Positions 26,799-36,519 of a DNA stretch of 64,000 bases are shown here, one piece after another. Under the pieces are notes generated by a model. That model was given only the letters and a program-made list of their open reading frames with translations, was not told the DNA's origin and did not search any database. Positions within the stretch are counted from its first letter, which is position 1; each line of letters opens with the position of its first letter. The position numbers and the translations under genes are program-made. Source of the stretch: Candidatus Iainarchaeum sp. (GTDB lineage Archaea; Iainarchaeota; Iainarchaeia; Iainarchaeales; UBA10191). The stretch is taken from positions 44,617 through 108,616 of the forward strand of contig JAUSFL010000023.1 of the NCBI GenBank assembly GCA_030649735.1, in the 5' to 3' direction.

Positions 26799-29660
26799 AT
26801 GGACAGTAAAAAATTTATCATATTATTCGCTGCCTTGATTTTTTCAGCGGGCTTTGCCTTGGCTGTTGATTCAAACGGTTCCGATTCAAACTCAGACAAG
26901 CCTGTTGCTTGCATTTGCACAATGGAGTACGCGCCAGTGTGCGGTTCTGATGGGAAAACCTATTCTAACGGTTGTGTTGCAAAATGCGCCGGAATAATTG
27001 ATTTTAAGCCAGGCGCCTGCAATGACTCAATTCCTGAAGTGATTTATCCTTCATTTGGGGTTGACTTCAAGCTTTTCCAAACCCAAACTGCTGTTTTGGA
27101 GAATTATAAGATTGCCCTCGCAAAAATTCTTGTTCCTATAGAAGTGCAATGCGTTGATGGCGTTTGCCCAGAAATAGCTTCACAAGTCCAAATTATTTTG
27201 GAAGTCAGCAAAAAGTCTGACAATGGCTATGTTTCTGAAAAGGCTTACTTGGGAGAATATTCAGAGGCCGGCCTTTTAGGAATCAAAATCCAGTCACGCG
27301 GTATAAATTCAGTTTCGGGATATGCTGTCTTGACTGTTTTCAAGGAAAACATCATGCCAGAGCCAATCAAAGCAGCTCTTGGCGAAGAATTCAAGCTTTT
27401 GCAATTGCAGCAAGCCAACATCCAGGATAACGGAAGCACTGCGATGAAGCTTGTTCTGGAAAGAATTGACAACTTGCACATTGTGTGCATTAAGGCGCCT
27501 TGCCCGAATTATTCTGCAGTAATGACTGCAAGCATTGCAAATGACGGAATGTATTCTTTCAAAGTCCTTAATGGCTCCAGCTATTTCCTTGGAAATTACG
27601 TTGTTAACTTTACTTCCACTGACGGGACTTCAGGAAAGTTTGTTGTAAAGAAAATTTCAGACACTAACACAACTCCAGCAGACATTTATGTCAATGTTGA
27701 TGAATACTTCAAGCTTGTCGAAAGCCAGACAGCAATCTTTAAGACTGGGGAATTTTCAGTGACTCTTGCAGGCGTTGAAAATACTGCAACATGCAGTGCA
27801 ATAGGCTGTCCGCCTTCACAGTCAGTAGTAAAGATAGGCATAAATTCACTTAATGGGCTGCTTGGAAGCTCTTTAGTTACTTTAAAACAAGGCGAGAGCG
27901 CTGAAAGAAATGGCTTTTCAATAACTGTCGTGGGAATTGATTTTTCGGGAAAGACCGCAAAGTTTGTGATTTCAAAAATCCAGGAAAACCCTGTAGAAAA
28001 GACAGTTTATTTGAATGAAAAATTCAAGCTTGCTGAGAAGGAAAGCGCCCGCGTGTTAAGCGGTAATCAAAGATGCCCTCAAGGCGCAACCTGCATTGCG
28101 AGCGCAATGCCGGCGCGCGAAATAATGAAAATTAAGCTCTTGTCAATTAGCCAGTACAAATGCGCTGAAACCAGCACTAGCGGAGTTTCAGTGAAATGCA
28201 TTGGAAGCAAGCCTTTTGCAAGAGTTGTGCTAGGCTATGAAGATGGCAATATTGGAACGGCAACTGAAACAACAATTAGTGAAGGCGGAAGCATCTGGTT
28301 CAATGGATTTGAAGTGAACTTGCTTGATGTTTCATTGCAAGCCCCAAATTCTGGAGTTTTCATTGTAAGGCAGCCGAGCATTCCTGAATACATTAAAGCA
28401 AGCTTGGATGAAAAGTTTGAATTGAATCTATTAAGTTCTGGAGCAAATACTGCATTGATTGCTGGAGAGGGAATTTTTGTAAAGCTTGAAGGCCTTTCAA
28501 ACGAATGCGTTCAGGCGCGTGCTGATGCCGGCAACCCACGTTATGCAAAAGTTTCAGTGTGGAAAGAATCTGACAATGCATCGCAAGGATTTGGAATCAA
28601 TGTTGGCGAGTCATTGAGCATTTACGGCCTGAAATTAAGCCTTTTGGGGACTACTTGCGGAAGCGCAATTTTCATTGCGGCCAAGGATTCAAACCCTGAA
28701 GTCATTAACGTGCATGTCGGAGAGCCTTTCAAATTGCAGAAAGACAAGGCTGCAAGGGTTTTAGAGGCAAACTTGAGGATTGATGTATTGAATTTGATTA
28801 ATGTCTGCGCAAGCTGCGCTTCAACTTCTGACTCAAATGCGGTTGCATCTTGCGTTGGCGGGCTTTGCTATTCAAGCGTGCAATTCAGCGTGAGCAATTA
28901 TGCATTCGAGCAGTCAAAGATTGGAACTACAGTCAGCACTACAGTAATAAACAGCACTACGGTTTCAACAACCGAGTCAAACAGCACTTCAAGTGCTAGT
29001 AGTAGTGGCGGCGGTTCAGGAAGCGCTTTTATTGAAATTCCTCCAATGCCTTGGAAGACTTTCACTCTTTCAGCCGGAGAAAGCACTGAAGTTGGAGACT
29101 TTGAAATCAGGGTTTTGAATGTTAGTTCTGAAAGCGCTGAGTTTGAAGTCTTGAAAAAATCCACCGGGCAGTCCTTCAATTATGTAATTAAGGCTGGCTG
29201 GAACTTGTTTTCAGTCCCTGGGAAGATTGATTCCGGAAGCAATAATTGCGAGAGCGGCAATTTCAAGCTTTTCGAGTATGATTCAGCAGCAAAGAAATTC
29301 AATAGTGTTTCAGAGCCTTCTCCAGGAAAGGCATACTGGCTTTTTAATTCTGGAAAGTCTTGCGAAGCAAAGGCGACAATCAGGGATGCCGTTGCATTAA
29401 GCGGCCTGCCTTCCTTGAATGCCGGCTGGAATTTTGTCGCAATAGTTCCTGAAATGCTCGGAAGCAAAATCAGCGGGCTTGGGAACTGCAAGTTCAAGAG
29501 TGCTTTCTCTTGGAATGCTTCTTCAAAAATCTGGCAGAATGCATTGAACAAGAAGTTGGCAAGTGAAGACTTAGGGAGCGCAATTGTTGTATTCTCTGAA
29601 GGCGCTTGCTCTTTGGCGGGCGCTGTGGAGACTCAGCCCCCAATGCCTCCGAGCCCTTGA
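26799..29660 (+). CDS. Large secreted/surface protein with N-terminal Kazal-type domain and six ~100-aa repeats
   Basis: Signal peptide; CICTMEYAPVCGSDGKTYSNGC...C...GAC; repeats beginning (L/V/F)xxxFKL; GWNL/GWNF C-domain; ends QPPMPPSP. Confidence 0.8.
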   Translation: MDSKKFIILFAALIFSAGFALAVDSNGSDSNSDKPVACICTMEYAPVCGSDGKTYSNGCVAKCAGIIDFKPGACNDSIPEVIYPSFGVDFKLFQTQTAVLENYKIALAKILVPIEVQCVDGVCPEIASQVQIILEVSKKSDNGYVSEKAYLGEYSEAGLLGIKIQSRGINSVSGYAVLTVFKENIMPEPIKAALGEEFKLLQLQQANIQDNGSTAMKLVLERIDNLHIVCIKAPCPNYSAVMTASIANDGMYSFKVLNGSSYFLGNYVVNFTSTDGTSGKFVVKKISDTNTTPADIYVNVDEYFKLVESQTAIFKTGEFSVTLAGVENTATCSAIGCPPSQSVVKIGINSLNGLLGSSLVTLKQGESAERNGFSITVVGIDFSGKTAKFVISKIQENPVEKTVYLNEKFKLAEKESARVLSGNQRCPQGATCIASAMPAREIMKIKLLSISQYKCAETSTSGVSVKCIGSKPFARVVLGYEDGNIGTATETTISEGGSIWFNGFEVNLLDVSLQAPNSGVFIVRQPSIPEYIKASLDEKFELNLLSSGANTALIAGEGIFVKLEGLSNECVQARADAGNPRYAKVSVWKESDNASQGFGINVGESLSIYGLKLSLLGTTCGSAIFIAAKDSNPEVINVHVGEPFKLQKDKAARVLEANLRIDVLNLINVCASCASTSDSNAVASCVGGLCYSSVQFSVSNYAFEQSKIGTTVSTTVINSTTVSTTESNSTSSASSSGGGSGSAFIEIPPMPWKTFTLSAGESTEVGDFEIRVLNVSSESAEFEVLKKSTGQSFNYVIKAGWNLFSVPGKIDSGSNNCESGNFKLFEYDSAAKKFNSVSEPSPGKAYWLFNSGKSCEAKATIRDAVALSGLPSLNAGWNFVAIVPEMLGSKISGLGNCKFKSAFSWNASSKIWQNALNKKLASEDLGSAIVVFSEGACSLAGAVETQPPMPPSP

Positions 29661-29734
29661 GTTTTGGGAAAAAAACCAGTAAAACAGCAACTATTAAAAA
29701 TTTGGAGACTGTAATTATGCAAGGAAGTCGTGAA

Positions 29735-29941
29735 ATGAGAAAGTTTTTTGTTTTAGGAATTGTTTTGCTAGTGTTTTCTTTGCTGTTTTTGAGCGGCTGC
29801 GCTGAGCAAAAAATAGGGCCTGGCGTTGACAATAATTCAGCGAGCAATCCAGGCAATGCGACCGGCGCTGCTTCAAGCATTCCAATGCCTCCGGCAAACC
29901 CTGAAGAAGGCAATGCTGAAGTTCCAATACTGCCGATTTGA
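29735..29941 (+). CDS. Small lipoprotein with Pro-rich tail
   Basis: MRKFF...LFLSGC lipobox; IPMPPANP. Confidence 0.6.
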   Translation: MRKFFVLGIVLLVFSLLFLSGCAEQKIGPGVDNNSASNPGNATGAASSIPMPPANPEEGNAEVPILPI

Positions 29942-29955
29942 AAGCTGATTGAAAA

Positions 29956-30261
29956 ATGGGAATTGATTTTTTAAAGCCAAATTTTGGGAAAAAAATTCTT
30001 TTTGTAATTTTTGCAGTTATTTCTTTTTTTATTTTAAGTGCGGCTAATCCAATAATTTTTCCTTGCCTTGCACGGCCGGTCATTCCCAATCCACCGGCAT
30101 TTTCTGAAAGCATTTGCGGGTTTCCTTTTAACATTGTTTTTGGAGCAAGCATTCAGTACACTCCAGTTTCAATGCTTTTGCTTGCAGTCTTTCTTTTGGT
30201 GATTCCTTACTTGCTTTCTTGCGGAGTTGTGGAGTTTTTTAGAAAAAGTTCAAAGAATTAG
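29956..30261 (+). CDS. Small membrane protein
   Basis: DFLKPNFGKK, two TM segments flanking a Cys-containing loop, PYLLSC. Confidence 0.6.
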   Translation: MGIDFLKPNFGKKILFVIFAVISFFILSAANPIIFPCLARPVIPNPPAFSESICGFPFNIVFGASIQYTPVSMLLLAVFLLVIPYLLSCGVVEFFRKSSKN

Positions 30262-30285
30262 TTTTTTTTTTGAAGCTGTGAAGTT

Positions 30286-30801
30286 TTATTGCATTATTCC
30301 GCTTTCGTCGTCTATTTGCTTTGCGATTTTTTTCGTTTTTTCGAAGACTTTGTTCACATCGGCTTCTAGCTCTTCGATTGTTCGGAGTATTGAGTTGCTT
30401 CTTACTCCGTAAAGCCTTCCGCGCTTTACTACAAGGCCGCTTCTTTGGAGGTTGTTCAATTGGTTTATTACTGCTCCGCGGGAAATCCCCATTTTTTTGG
30501 CCAGTTCAGAGCTTGAGAGCATTCCATGCTGTCCTGGCTCTTTGATTGAATTGTGGGAAGTGTTGAATAATTCCTTGAACACTTGGCTTGTTGTTTTTTC
30601 CTTTCCTAAAGGCTCTAAAAGCCCAAAGCTTTTGCACAAGTAGTCTAATTCTTCCTCTACTTTGTTTGAGAATGGCGGTTCAATGCTTTTCACTGACAGT
30701 TCGAAAGAATGGACCCTTCTTGTTGGCTTTGGGAATGGCTTTGTTGTTATAAGGAAAGAGTTTTCAGGGGCATTCAATAGCCGTCTGTTTGTCGGATGCA
30801 T
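30286..30801 (-). CDS. Winged-helix DNA-binding protein divergent from grpE-dnaK
   Basis: LSSSELAKKMGISRGAVINQLNNLQRSGLVVKRG. Confidence 0.8.
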   Translation of the reverse strand: MHPTNRRLLNAPENSFLITTKPFPKPTRRVHSFELSVKSIEPPFSNKVEEELDYLCKSFGLLEPLGKEKTTSQVFKELFNTSHNSIKEPGQHGMLSSSELAKKMGISRGAVINQLNNLQRSGLVVKRGRLYGVRSNSILRTIEELEADVNKVFEKTKKIAKQIDDESGIMQ

Positions 30802-30892
30802 GCAAATTAGGGGTTCAGAAAGCCTTAAAAAGTTAATTGTTTAAATTAAAGTAGTATAGTCTGTAAAATCTAGACACTTTGGAGTTTTTTTT

Positions 30893-31666
30893 GTGTTTGA
30901 GAAAAAAAAAGAGCAAGCAAAGAAAGAAGATCCTAAAGAAAGCCCAGAGCCTAAAAGAATAACAATTGAAGAAGCTGTTGAAGACAACAAGGCCTTAATT
31001 GAGACTTTGCAAAGGCTTCAGGCAGACTTTGAAAACTTCAAGAAACGCGAGGAAAAAAACCGCGAAGAGTTCTCAAAATTCTGCACTGCAAGCATTTTCT
31101 TTGACCTGCTGGAAATAATGGATTCTTTTGAAAGCGCAATGCAAAAATGCACTCCAGACCAAAACGAGGCGTTAGAGCCGTTGTATTACCACTTGAAAAA
31201 ATTCCTTGAAAAAAACAACGTAACCCAGTTTTCGGCATTGAATGAAATGTTCAATCCAGAACTGCATGAAGTGCTGCTTACAGGATACAATTCCTACAAG
31301 GACGAAAACATTGTCCTGGAGGAAATAAAGAAAGGGTATTTTGTTTTTGACAAGGTCTTAAGGCACGCGCAAGTGAAAATAAACCAAAGGCCAGTGAAAA
31401 AAATCGAGGAAATAAAAAAAGAGCTAAAGGACCAATTGAACAAGCTTTCAGGGACTGAAGCAAGCGCGAAAAAAGAAAGGGAAGAGCAAAAAGGCAAGGA
31501 CGCTGTTGCAGACAAGCTGTTCTCCAAAGAAAGCGCTTCTCCGCAAAATGAAGCAAAAGAAAACCAGCAAGCCAAAGAAAGCAATTCTCAAAATTCAGGC
31601 AATAATACTTCTCAAAAGGAAAGCAATTTGAATCCAGAAAACGGGGGTTCTCAAAATGCAAAATAA
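30893..31666 (+). CDS. grpE: Nucleotide exchange factor GrpE with long low-complexity C-tail
   Basis: LQRLQADFENFKKR, FNPELHEV, KKGY...DKVLRHAQVK. Confidence 0.93.
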   Translation: MFEKKKEQAKKEDPKESPEPKRITIEEAVEDNKALIETLQRLQADFENFKKREEKNREEFSKFCTASIFFDLLEIMDSFESAMQKCTPDQNEALEPLYYHLKKFLEKNNVTQFSALNEMFNPELHEVLLTGYNSYKDENIVLEEIKKGYFVFDKVLRHAQVKINQRPVKKIEEIKKELKDQLNKLSGTEASAKKEREEQKGKDAVADKLFSKESASPQNEAKENQQAKESNSQNSGNNTSQKESNLNPENGGSQNAK

Positions 31667-32591
31667 TTTTAATACTCTGCACGATGCTAATTTTGATTTA
31701 ATCAATCAAATACAAAAAATCAGGGTGAATGGGAATTTGCAGACAATGCGAAAGCAAATAGGCTCTGAAAACTTAAAATCTCTATTAATTGCTTTCTACC
31801 CCAAATATAATATTACTGAGATTCAGGAAATTATTGGAGTTCCTGACTCTACTGTTGAAAGATGGCTCAAACAATTAGGGGTTGAATTAACGCGAAATCA
31901 TATAACTAACTTAGTAGTTCCAGCAAATTTTGAAAGTTCTGTAGTTTTAACTGAAAGAAGCAAATCAACAAAAATTTCTGCAATAACTATTGATGAAGGT
32001 TTGTCTTATTTAGTTGGATTCTGCATTGGGGATGGTTCTGTGCAAAAATTCTGTATCGAAGTGTTCAATAAGGACTCTGGGATGAAAGAGCATCTGGCTC
32101 AAGTAATGAAAAGGTACGGAAAAGTAGGCGAAAGCATAAGGCAAAATGGTTTGTGGAAGTTGAGATTATCAAGTGTGAAAATAGCTGATTTGATAAAAAG
32201 AAATAAATCTATCAGACAAGATACTATTGATTATATTCTAACAAATGACAAATTAGCACGCCAGTTCTTGGCTGGGCTTTGGGATGCTGAAGGGAGTGTT
32301 CTCAAGCAGGGAAAATATTTCCACATTTACTTATATAATTCGGATAAAAACCTAATAGACAATATTTCAGAGTTTTTGAATTCGGTCGGAATTGAAAATT
32401 CAATTATTCCCATGAAAAAAAGAAATAAAGAATATAATCTAAACGGAAGAATAATTGTGCCAAGAAAAACAGTTTATCGTCTTGGAATCCCTAAAAAGCA
32501 TTTTAAACAATGGGGTGAACTGATTGGCTTGCACTTAAAACACAGTAAAAAAGCAATTATGGTTAAAGAAATTTTGAAGGGGGATTGTTAA
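31656..32591 (+). mobile_element. Free-standing LAGLIDADG homing endonuclease with N-terminal HTH
   Basis: Two motifs, YLVGFCIGDGS and FLAGLWDAEGS; HTH ITEIQEIIGVPDSTVERWL; more AT-rich than its flanks; interrupts grpE-dnaK. Confidence 0.85.
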
Positions 32592-34484
32592 ATGAGTAAG
32601 ATCATCGGCATCGACCTCGGGACTTCCAATTCTGCTGCTTCAGTTCTTGAAGCCGGAAAGCCGCGAATCATTCCCTCAGCCGAAGGAATGAGCCTTTATG
32701 GCAAGGCATTTCCAAGCGTTGTCGCTTTCACTAAAGACGGGCAAATGCTTGTCGGAGAGCCTGCAAAAAGGCAGGCAGTGTCAAACCCTTCAGGAACCTT
32801 CACTGCTTTCAAGAGAAAAATGGGAACTGACTTCAAATATTCCGTGAATGGAAAAGAATACAATCCCCAGCAATTAAGCGCTTTCCTTCTGCAAAAAATC
32901 AAGAAAGACGCCGAGGCTTTTTTTGGGGAAAAAGTGGAAAAGGCAGTAATCACTGTTCCCGCATACTTTGACGACAACCAACGGCAGGCCACTAAAGACG
33001 CCGGCTTGATTGCCGGGCTTGAAGTCATTAGGATAATCAACGAGCCAACGGCAGCGGCCTTGGCTTATGGCCTTGACAAGCAGTCCAAAGAGCAAAAAAT
33101 CATAGTGTTTGACCTTGGCGGTGGAACTTTAGACGTTACTGTAATGGAATTTGGCGGCGGAGTCTTTGAAGTGAAATCGACTTCTGGAGACACTCAGTTG
33201 GGCGGAACAGACATGGATGCTTCGCTGACTGACTTTTTGGTTGCAGAATTCAAGAAAATCGAAGGCATTGACTTGAAGAATGACAATGTTGCAATGCAGC
33301 GATTGAAGGAAGCCGCAGAGCGGGCAAAAATTGAATTGTCAACAACAGTCACCACAGAAATCAACTTGCCTTACTTGACTGCGAACGCTAGTGGCCCAAA
33401 GCATTTCACCCTATCATTGAACCGCGCAAAACTGGAAGAGATTGTAATGCCGTTGATCAAGCGCTGTGAAAAGCCTTTAAGGCAGGCATTGGCTGACGCA
33501 AAGCTTGAAGCCTCTGAAGTGGACCGCATTGTGCTTGTAGGAGGCCCTACAAGAATGCCTTCAGTGCAAAAATTCATTGAAACCCAATTGGGAAAAATTC
33601 CTGAGCGCGGCGTAGATCCAATGGAAGCAGTCGCAATTGGAGCTGCAATTCAGGCTGGAGTTTTGGCCGGGGAAGTAAAGGACATTTTGCTTTTGGACGT
33701 GACTCCATTAAGCCTTGGAGTTGAAACAATGGGCAGTGTTTTGACAAAGCTCATTGAAAGAAACACGACAATTCCAACGCGCAAGAGCCAGATTTTTTCA
33801 ACTGCAGCCGATAACCAAACCGCGGTTGACATTCACGTTCTGCAGGGAGAAAGGCCAATGGCGCAGGACAATAAAACTCTCGGGCGGTTCCAGCTTGTCG
33901 GGCTGCCGCCAGCGCCAAGGGGCATTCCGCAAATTGAAGTCTCTTTCGACATTGACGCCAATGGAATAGTGCATGTTGCAGCAAAAGACCTTGGCACTGG
34001 AAAGACCCAAAGCATTAAAATCGTGGCTTCGCAAAAGCTTTCTGAAGATGAAATAAAAAGAATGCAAAAAGAGGCCGAAGAGCACGCCTCAGAAGACGAG
34101 AAAAGAAAGCAGGGCGCTGAAATAATAAATTCTGCAGACTCAATGGTTTACAGCACTGAAAGATTATTGAAAGACTTTGAGGGAAAAGTCTCGGCAGAAG
34201 AAATTGACGCCATTAAAAAGAAAATCGAGGAATTGAAGTTTTTGCTAAAGCCTGAAAAGAAAGATTCTGCAATAATCAAGTCAAAGTTTGAAGAGCTTCA
34301 GTCCTTGGTCCAGCAGGCCTCGACAGAGCTTTACCAAAAGGCCTCGCAAAATTCGCAGGATGCCGAGCAGCCCCAAGATTCTCAAGGCCAAGGCCAAGCG
34401 CAAGATTCTGGAAAAGGCTCAAGCTCCAGCCACGACAATGCAGTTGACGCAGACTTCAAGGTAGAAGACGACAAGAAAAAGTGA
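32592..34484 (+). CDS. dnaK: Molecular chaperone DnaK
   Basis: [53 protein letters not shown] tail. Confidence 0.98.
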   Translation: MSKIIGIDLGTSNSAASVLEAGKPRIIPSAEGMSLYGKAFPSVVAFTKDGQMLVGEPAKRQAVSNPSGTFTAFKRKMGTDFKYSVNGKEYNPQQLSAFLLQKIKKDAEAFFGEKVEKAVITVPAYFDDNQRQATKDAGLIAGLEVIRIINEPTAAALAYGLDKQSKEQKIIVFDLGGGTLDVTVMEFGGGVFEVKSTSGDTQLGGTDMDASLTDFLVAEFKKIEGIDLKNDNVAMQRLKEAAERAKIELSTTVTTEINLPYLTANASGPKHFTLSLNRAKLEEIVMPLIKRCEKPLRQALADAKLEASEVDRIVLVGGPTRMPSVQKFIETQLGKIPERGVDPMEAVAIGAAIQAGVLAGEVKDILLLDVTPLSLGVETMGSVLTKLIERNTTIPTRKSQIFSTAADNQTAVDIHVLQGERPMAQDNKTLGRFQLVGLPPAPRGIPQIEVSFDIDANGIVHVAAKDLGTGKTQSIKIVASQKLSEDEIKRMQKEAEEHASEDEKRKQGAEIINSADSMVYSTERLLKDFEGKVSAEEIDAIKKKIEELKFLLKPEKKDSAIIKSKFEELQSLVQQASTELYQKASQNSQDAEQPQDSQGQGQAQDSGKGSSSSHDNAVDADFKVEDDKKK

Positions 34485-34534
34485 TTAGCTAGAATATAAT
34501 TGAGAGTTCAATCAAAATGGAGGGGTGATTTTGA

Positions 34535-34963
34535 ATGGCTAAAGATTTTTATGAATTGCTTGGAGTTCCAAAAAATGCAACAATAGGGCAAATTAAGCAA
34601 GTATACAGAAGGCTTGCGAAAAGATATCACCCCGACACTAGTAGAACCAGTGAAACTGCAGCAATTTTTAGAGAAATAAACACAGCGTATTCGGTACTTT
34701 TAGATCCTCAAAAACGTGCTGTCTACGACCGAAATTTGAATTTTTCGCAGGAACCGCCTCATAGGGCTAAAGAAAAGCCGAGAGATGTGGACGCAGTTGT
34801 TAGAGAAGGACTTAAAGTTGCTAGAGAAGTTTTGGAAAGAAAGAGGAGAGAGAAAGAAGCTACTAGCGCGCGCGATGAAGCACTTATTAAAGAAGCGCTT
34901 AGGCTCGCGAAGGAACATTCAAGAAAAAAAAATTTAGGTGCTTATAAATTTAGGCCCAAATGA
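34535..34963 (+). CDS. Short J-domain protein
   Basis: KDFYELLGV...YRRLAKRYHPD...INTAYSVLLDP.KRAVYD; lacks G/F and Zn-finger regions. Confidence 0.85.
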   Translation: MAKDFYELLGVPKNATIGQIKQVYRRLAKRYHPDTSRTSETAAIFREINTAYSVLLDPQKRAVYDRNLNFSQEPPHRAKEKPRDVDAVVREGLKVAREVLERKRREKEATSARDEALIKEALRLAKEHSRKKNLGAYKFRPK

Positions 34964-35004
34964 AATATTGCAGATTAAAATAGGCAAAACTTGGAGATTG
35001 AAAA

Positions 35005-36135
35005 ATGCCAGCGCAAAAGAGAGACTATTATGAAATATTGGGGCTTCCAAAAAACTCTACTCCAGAGCAGATAAAGCAGGCATACAAGGAATTGGCGAAA
35101 AAATTCCATCCTGACATCAATAAGGAAGCCGGTGCAGAGGAAAAATTCAAGGAAGTTTTGGAAGCATACTCTGTGCTTTCAGACCCTAAAAAGCGCGCGG
35201 ACTTTGACAATCACGGATTCAATTCTCCAGAATTCTCAAACTTTGATGTCGAAGAGTTCATGAAGCGCGGGGGAATGCACTTTGACTTTTCAGACTTGTT
35301 CGGAGACGCCGGATTTGACCCTTTCGAGCAATTCTTCCGCGTTGAAAAAAAGCAGTCTGCCCAAAGGGGATTTGACTTGCGGTTTGATTTGGAGCTGGAA
35401 TTGGAAGACGCTGTTTTAGGGACTGAAAAAACAATAGAGTTTGTGAAGACTGACACTTGCGACGAATGCAATGGAACAGGCAGCAAGGACAAGGAAGTCC
35501 TGAAATGCCCGCAATGCAATGGGAAAGGGATTGTTGAACGCACTCAAAAAACGCCTTTCGGAGTTTTTGCAACAAGAATGACTTGCAATAAATGCACTGG
35601 GGCCGGAGGCGTTGTGAAAAATCCCTGCAAAAAATGCAATGGGTCTGGGCAAATTCGCGTGAGGAAAAAAATTAGCGTGAAAATCCCGATGGGGATAGAG
35701 AATCAAAGCCATTTGCGTTTAAAGGGAGAGGGAAATGCAGGCAGCCGCGGCGGCCAAAAAGGAGACTTGTATGTGGTGGTTTTGATAAAGCCGCACAAGA
35801 TTTTCAAAAGGGACGGGGCTGACTTGTTTGTTGAAGTGCCAATCAGCTTTGCTGAAGCAGCATTGGGTGGGGAGGTTGAAGTGCCGACAATCAATGCAGG
35901 CACTGCAAAATTGAAAGTTCCTGCAGGCACGCAAAGCGGCACTTTGTTCAAGCTGCGCGGCTTGGGAGTCAAAGAATCAAGCGGAACAGGAGACTTGTTC
36001 GTGAAAGCAATTGTGAAAACTCCATCAATTCTCACTCCAACCCAGCGCGAGGCTTTTGAAAAGCTGAGTTCTCTGGATGGCTTTAAGGAAAGGCAAAGCT
36101 TTTTTGACTCCTTGAAGAAAAAATTCAAGAAATGA
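35005..36135 (+). CDS. dnaJ: Molecular chaperone DnaJ
   Basis: J domain with HPD, G/F region, four CxxCxGxG repeats, C-terminal domain. Confidence 0.97.
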   Translation: MPAQKRDYYEILGLPKNSTPEQIKQAYKELAKKFHPDINKEAGAEEKFKEVLEAYSVLSDPKKRADFDNHGFNSPEFSNFDVEEFMKRGGMHFDFSDLFGDAGFDPFEQFFRVEKKQSAQRGFDLRFDLELELEDAVLGTEKTIEFVKTDTCDECNGTGSKDKEVLKCPQCNGKGIVERTQKTPFGVFATRMTCNKCTGAGGVVKNPCKKCNGSGQIRVRKKISVKIPMGIENQSHLRLKGEGNAGSRGGQKGDLYVVVLIKPHKIFKRDGADLFVEVPISFAEAALGGEVEVPTINAGTAKLKVPAGTQSGTLFKLRGLGVKESSGTGDLFVKAIVKTPSILTPTQREAFEKLSSLDGFKERQSFFDSLKKKFKK

Positions 36136-36195
36136 GTTTTTTCTTTTTAAACCAAAACCAAACAAATAAAAGAACATCTACATAAGAGTTTTTTT

Positions 36196-36474
36196 ATGCG
36201 TTTAATTCCCTTGCTTTTTGCATTAATTGTTCTAATCGGGCTTTCTGGCTTTGCAAGCGCTAGCTGGCTTTCACAATTAGGCCATAACATCAAGGATGAA
36301 GTCAGTTCCAAAAACCTAAAGACAGACTGGCATTTCACCTACAAGCACGTAAGCCAGCCAAAGCATCGGACTTTTGACTCTGCAAGGTGCGGAACCTACT
36401 ACTGGAATGTCCAGGACAGGAAGTACTGCATGGGCGAATGGAAGGAAAAAGGAATAATAATCAAAGGCTGGTAA
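36196..36474 (+). CDS. Small secreted hypothetical protein
   Basis: Signal peptide ending ASA; Trp-rich, one Cys pair. Confidence 0.6.
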   Translation: MRLIPLLFALIVLIGLSGFASASWLSQLGHNIKDEVSSKNLKTDWHFTYKHVSQPKHRTFDSARCGTYYWNVQDRKYCMGEWKEKGIIIKGW

Positions 36475-36519
36475 TCCAACCCTTTTCTATTTTTAACTTT
36501 TCCAAACAATCTTTTCATT

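Noticed and set aside
31656-32591. LAGLIDADG ORF as an intein or intron of grpE/dnaK
   Set aside because: It has its own start and stop, no Cys/Ser start or His-Asn end, no flanking non-coding RNA, and both neighbours are intact.
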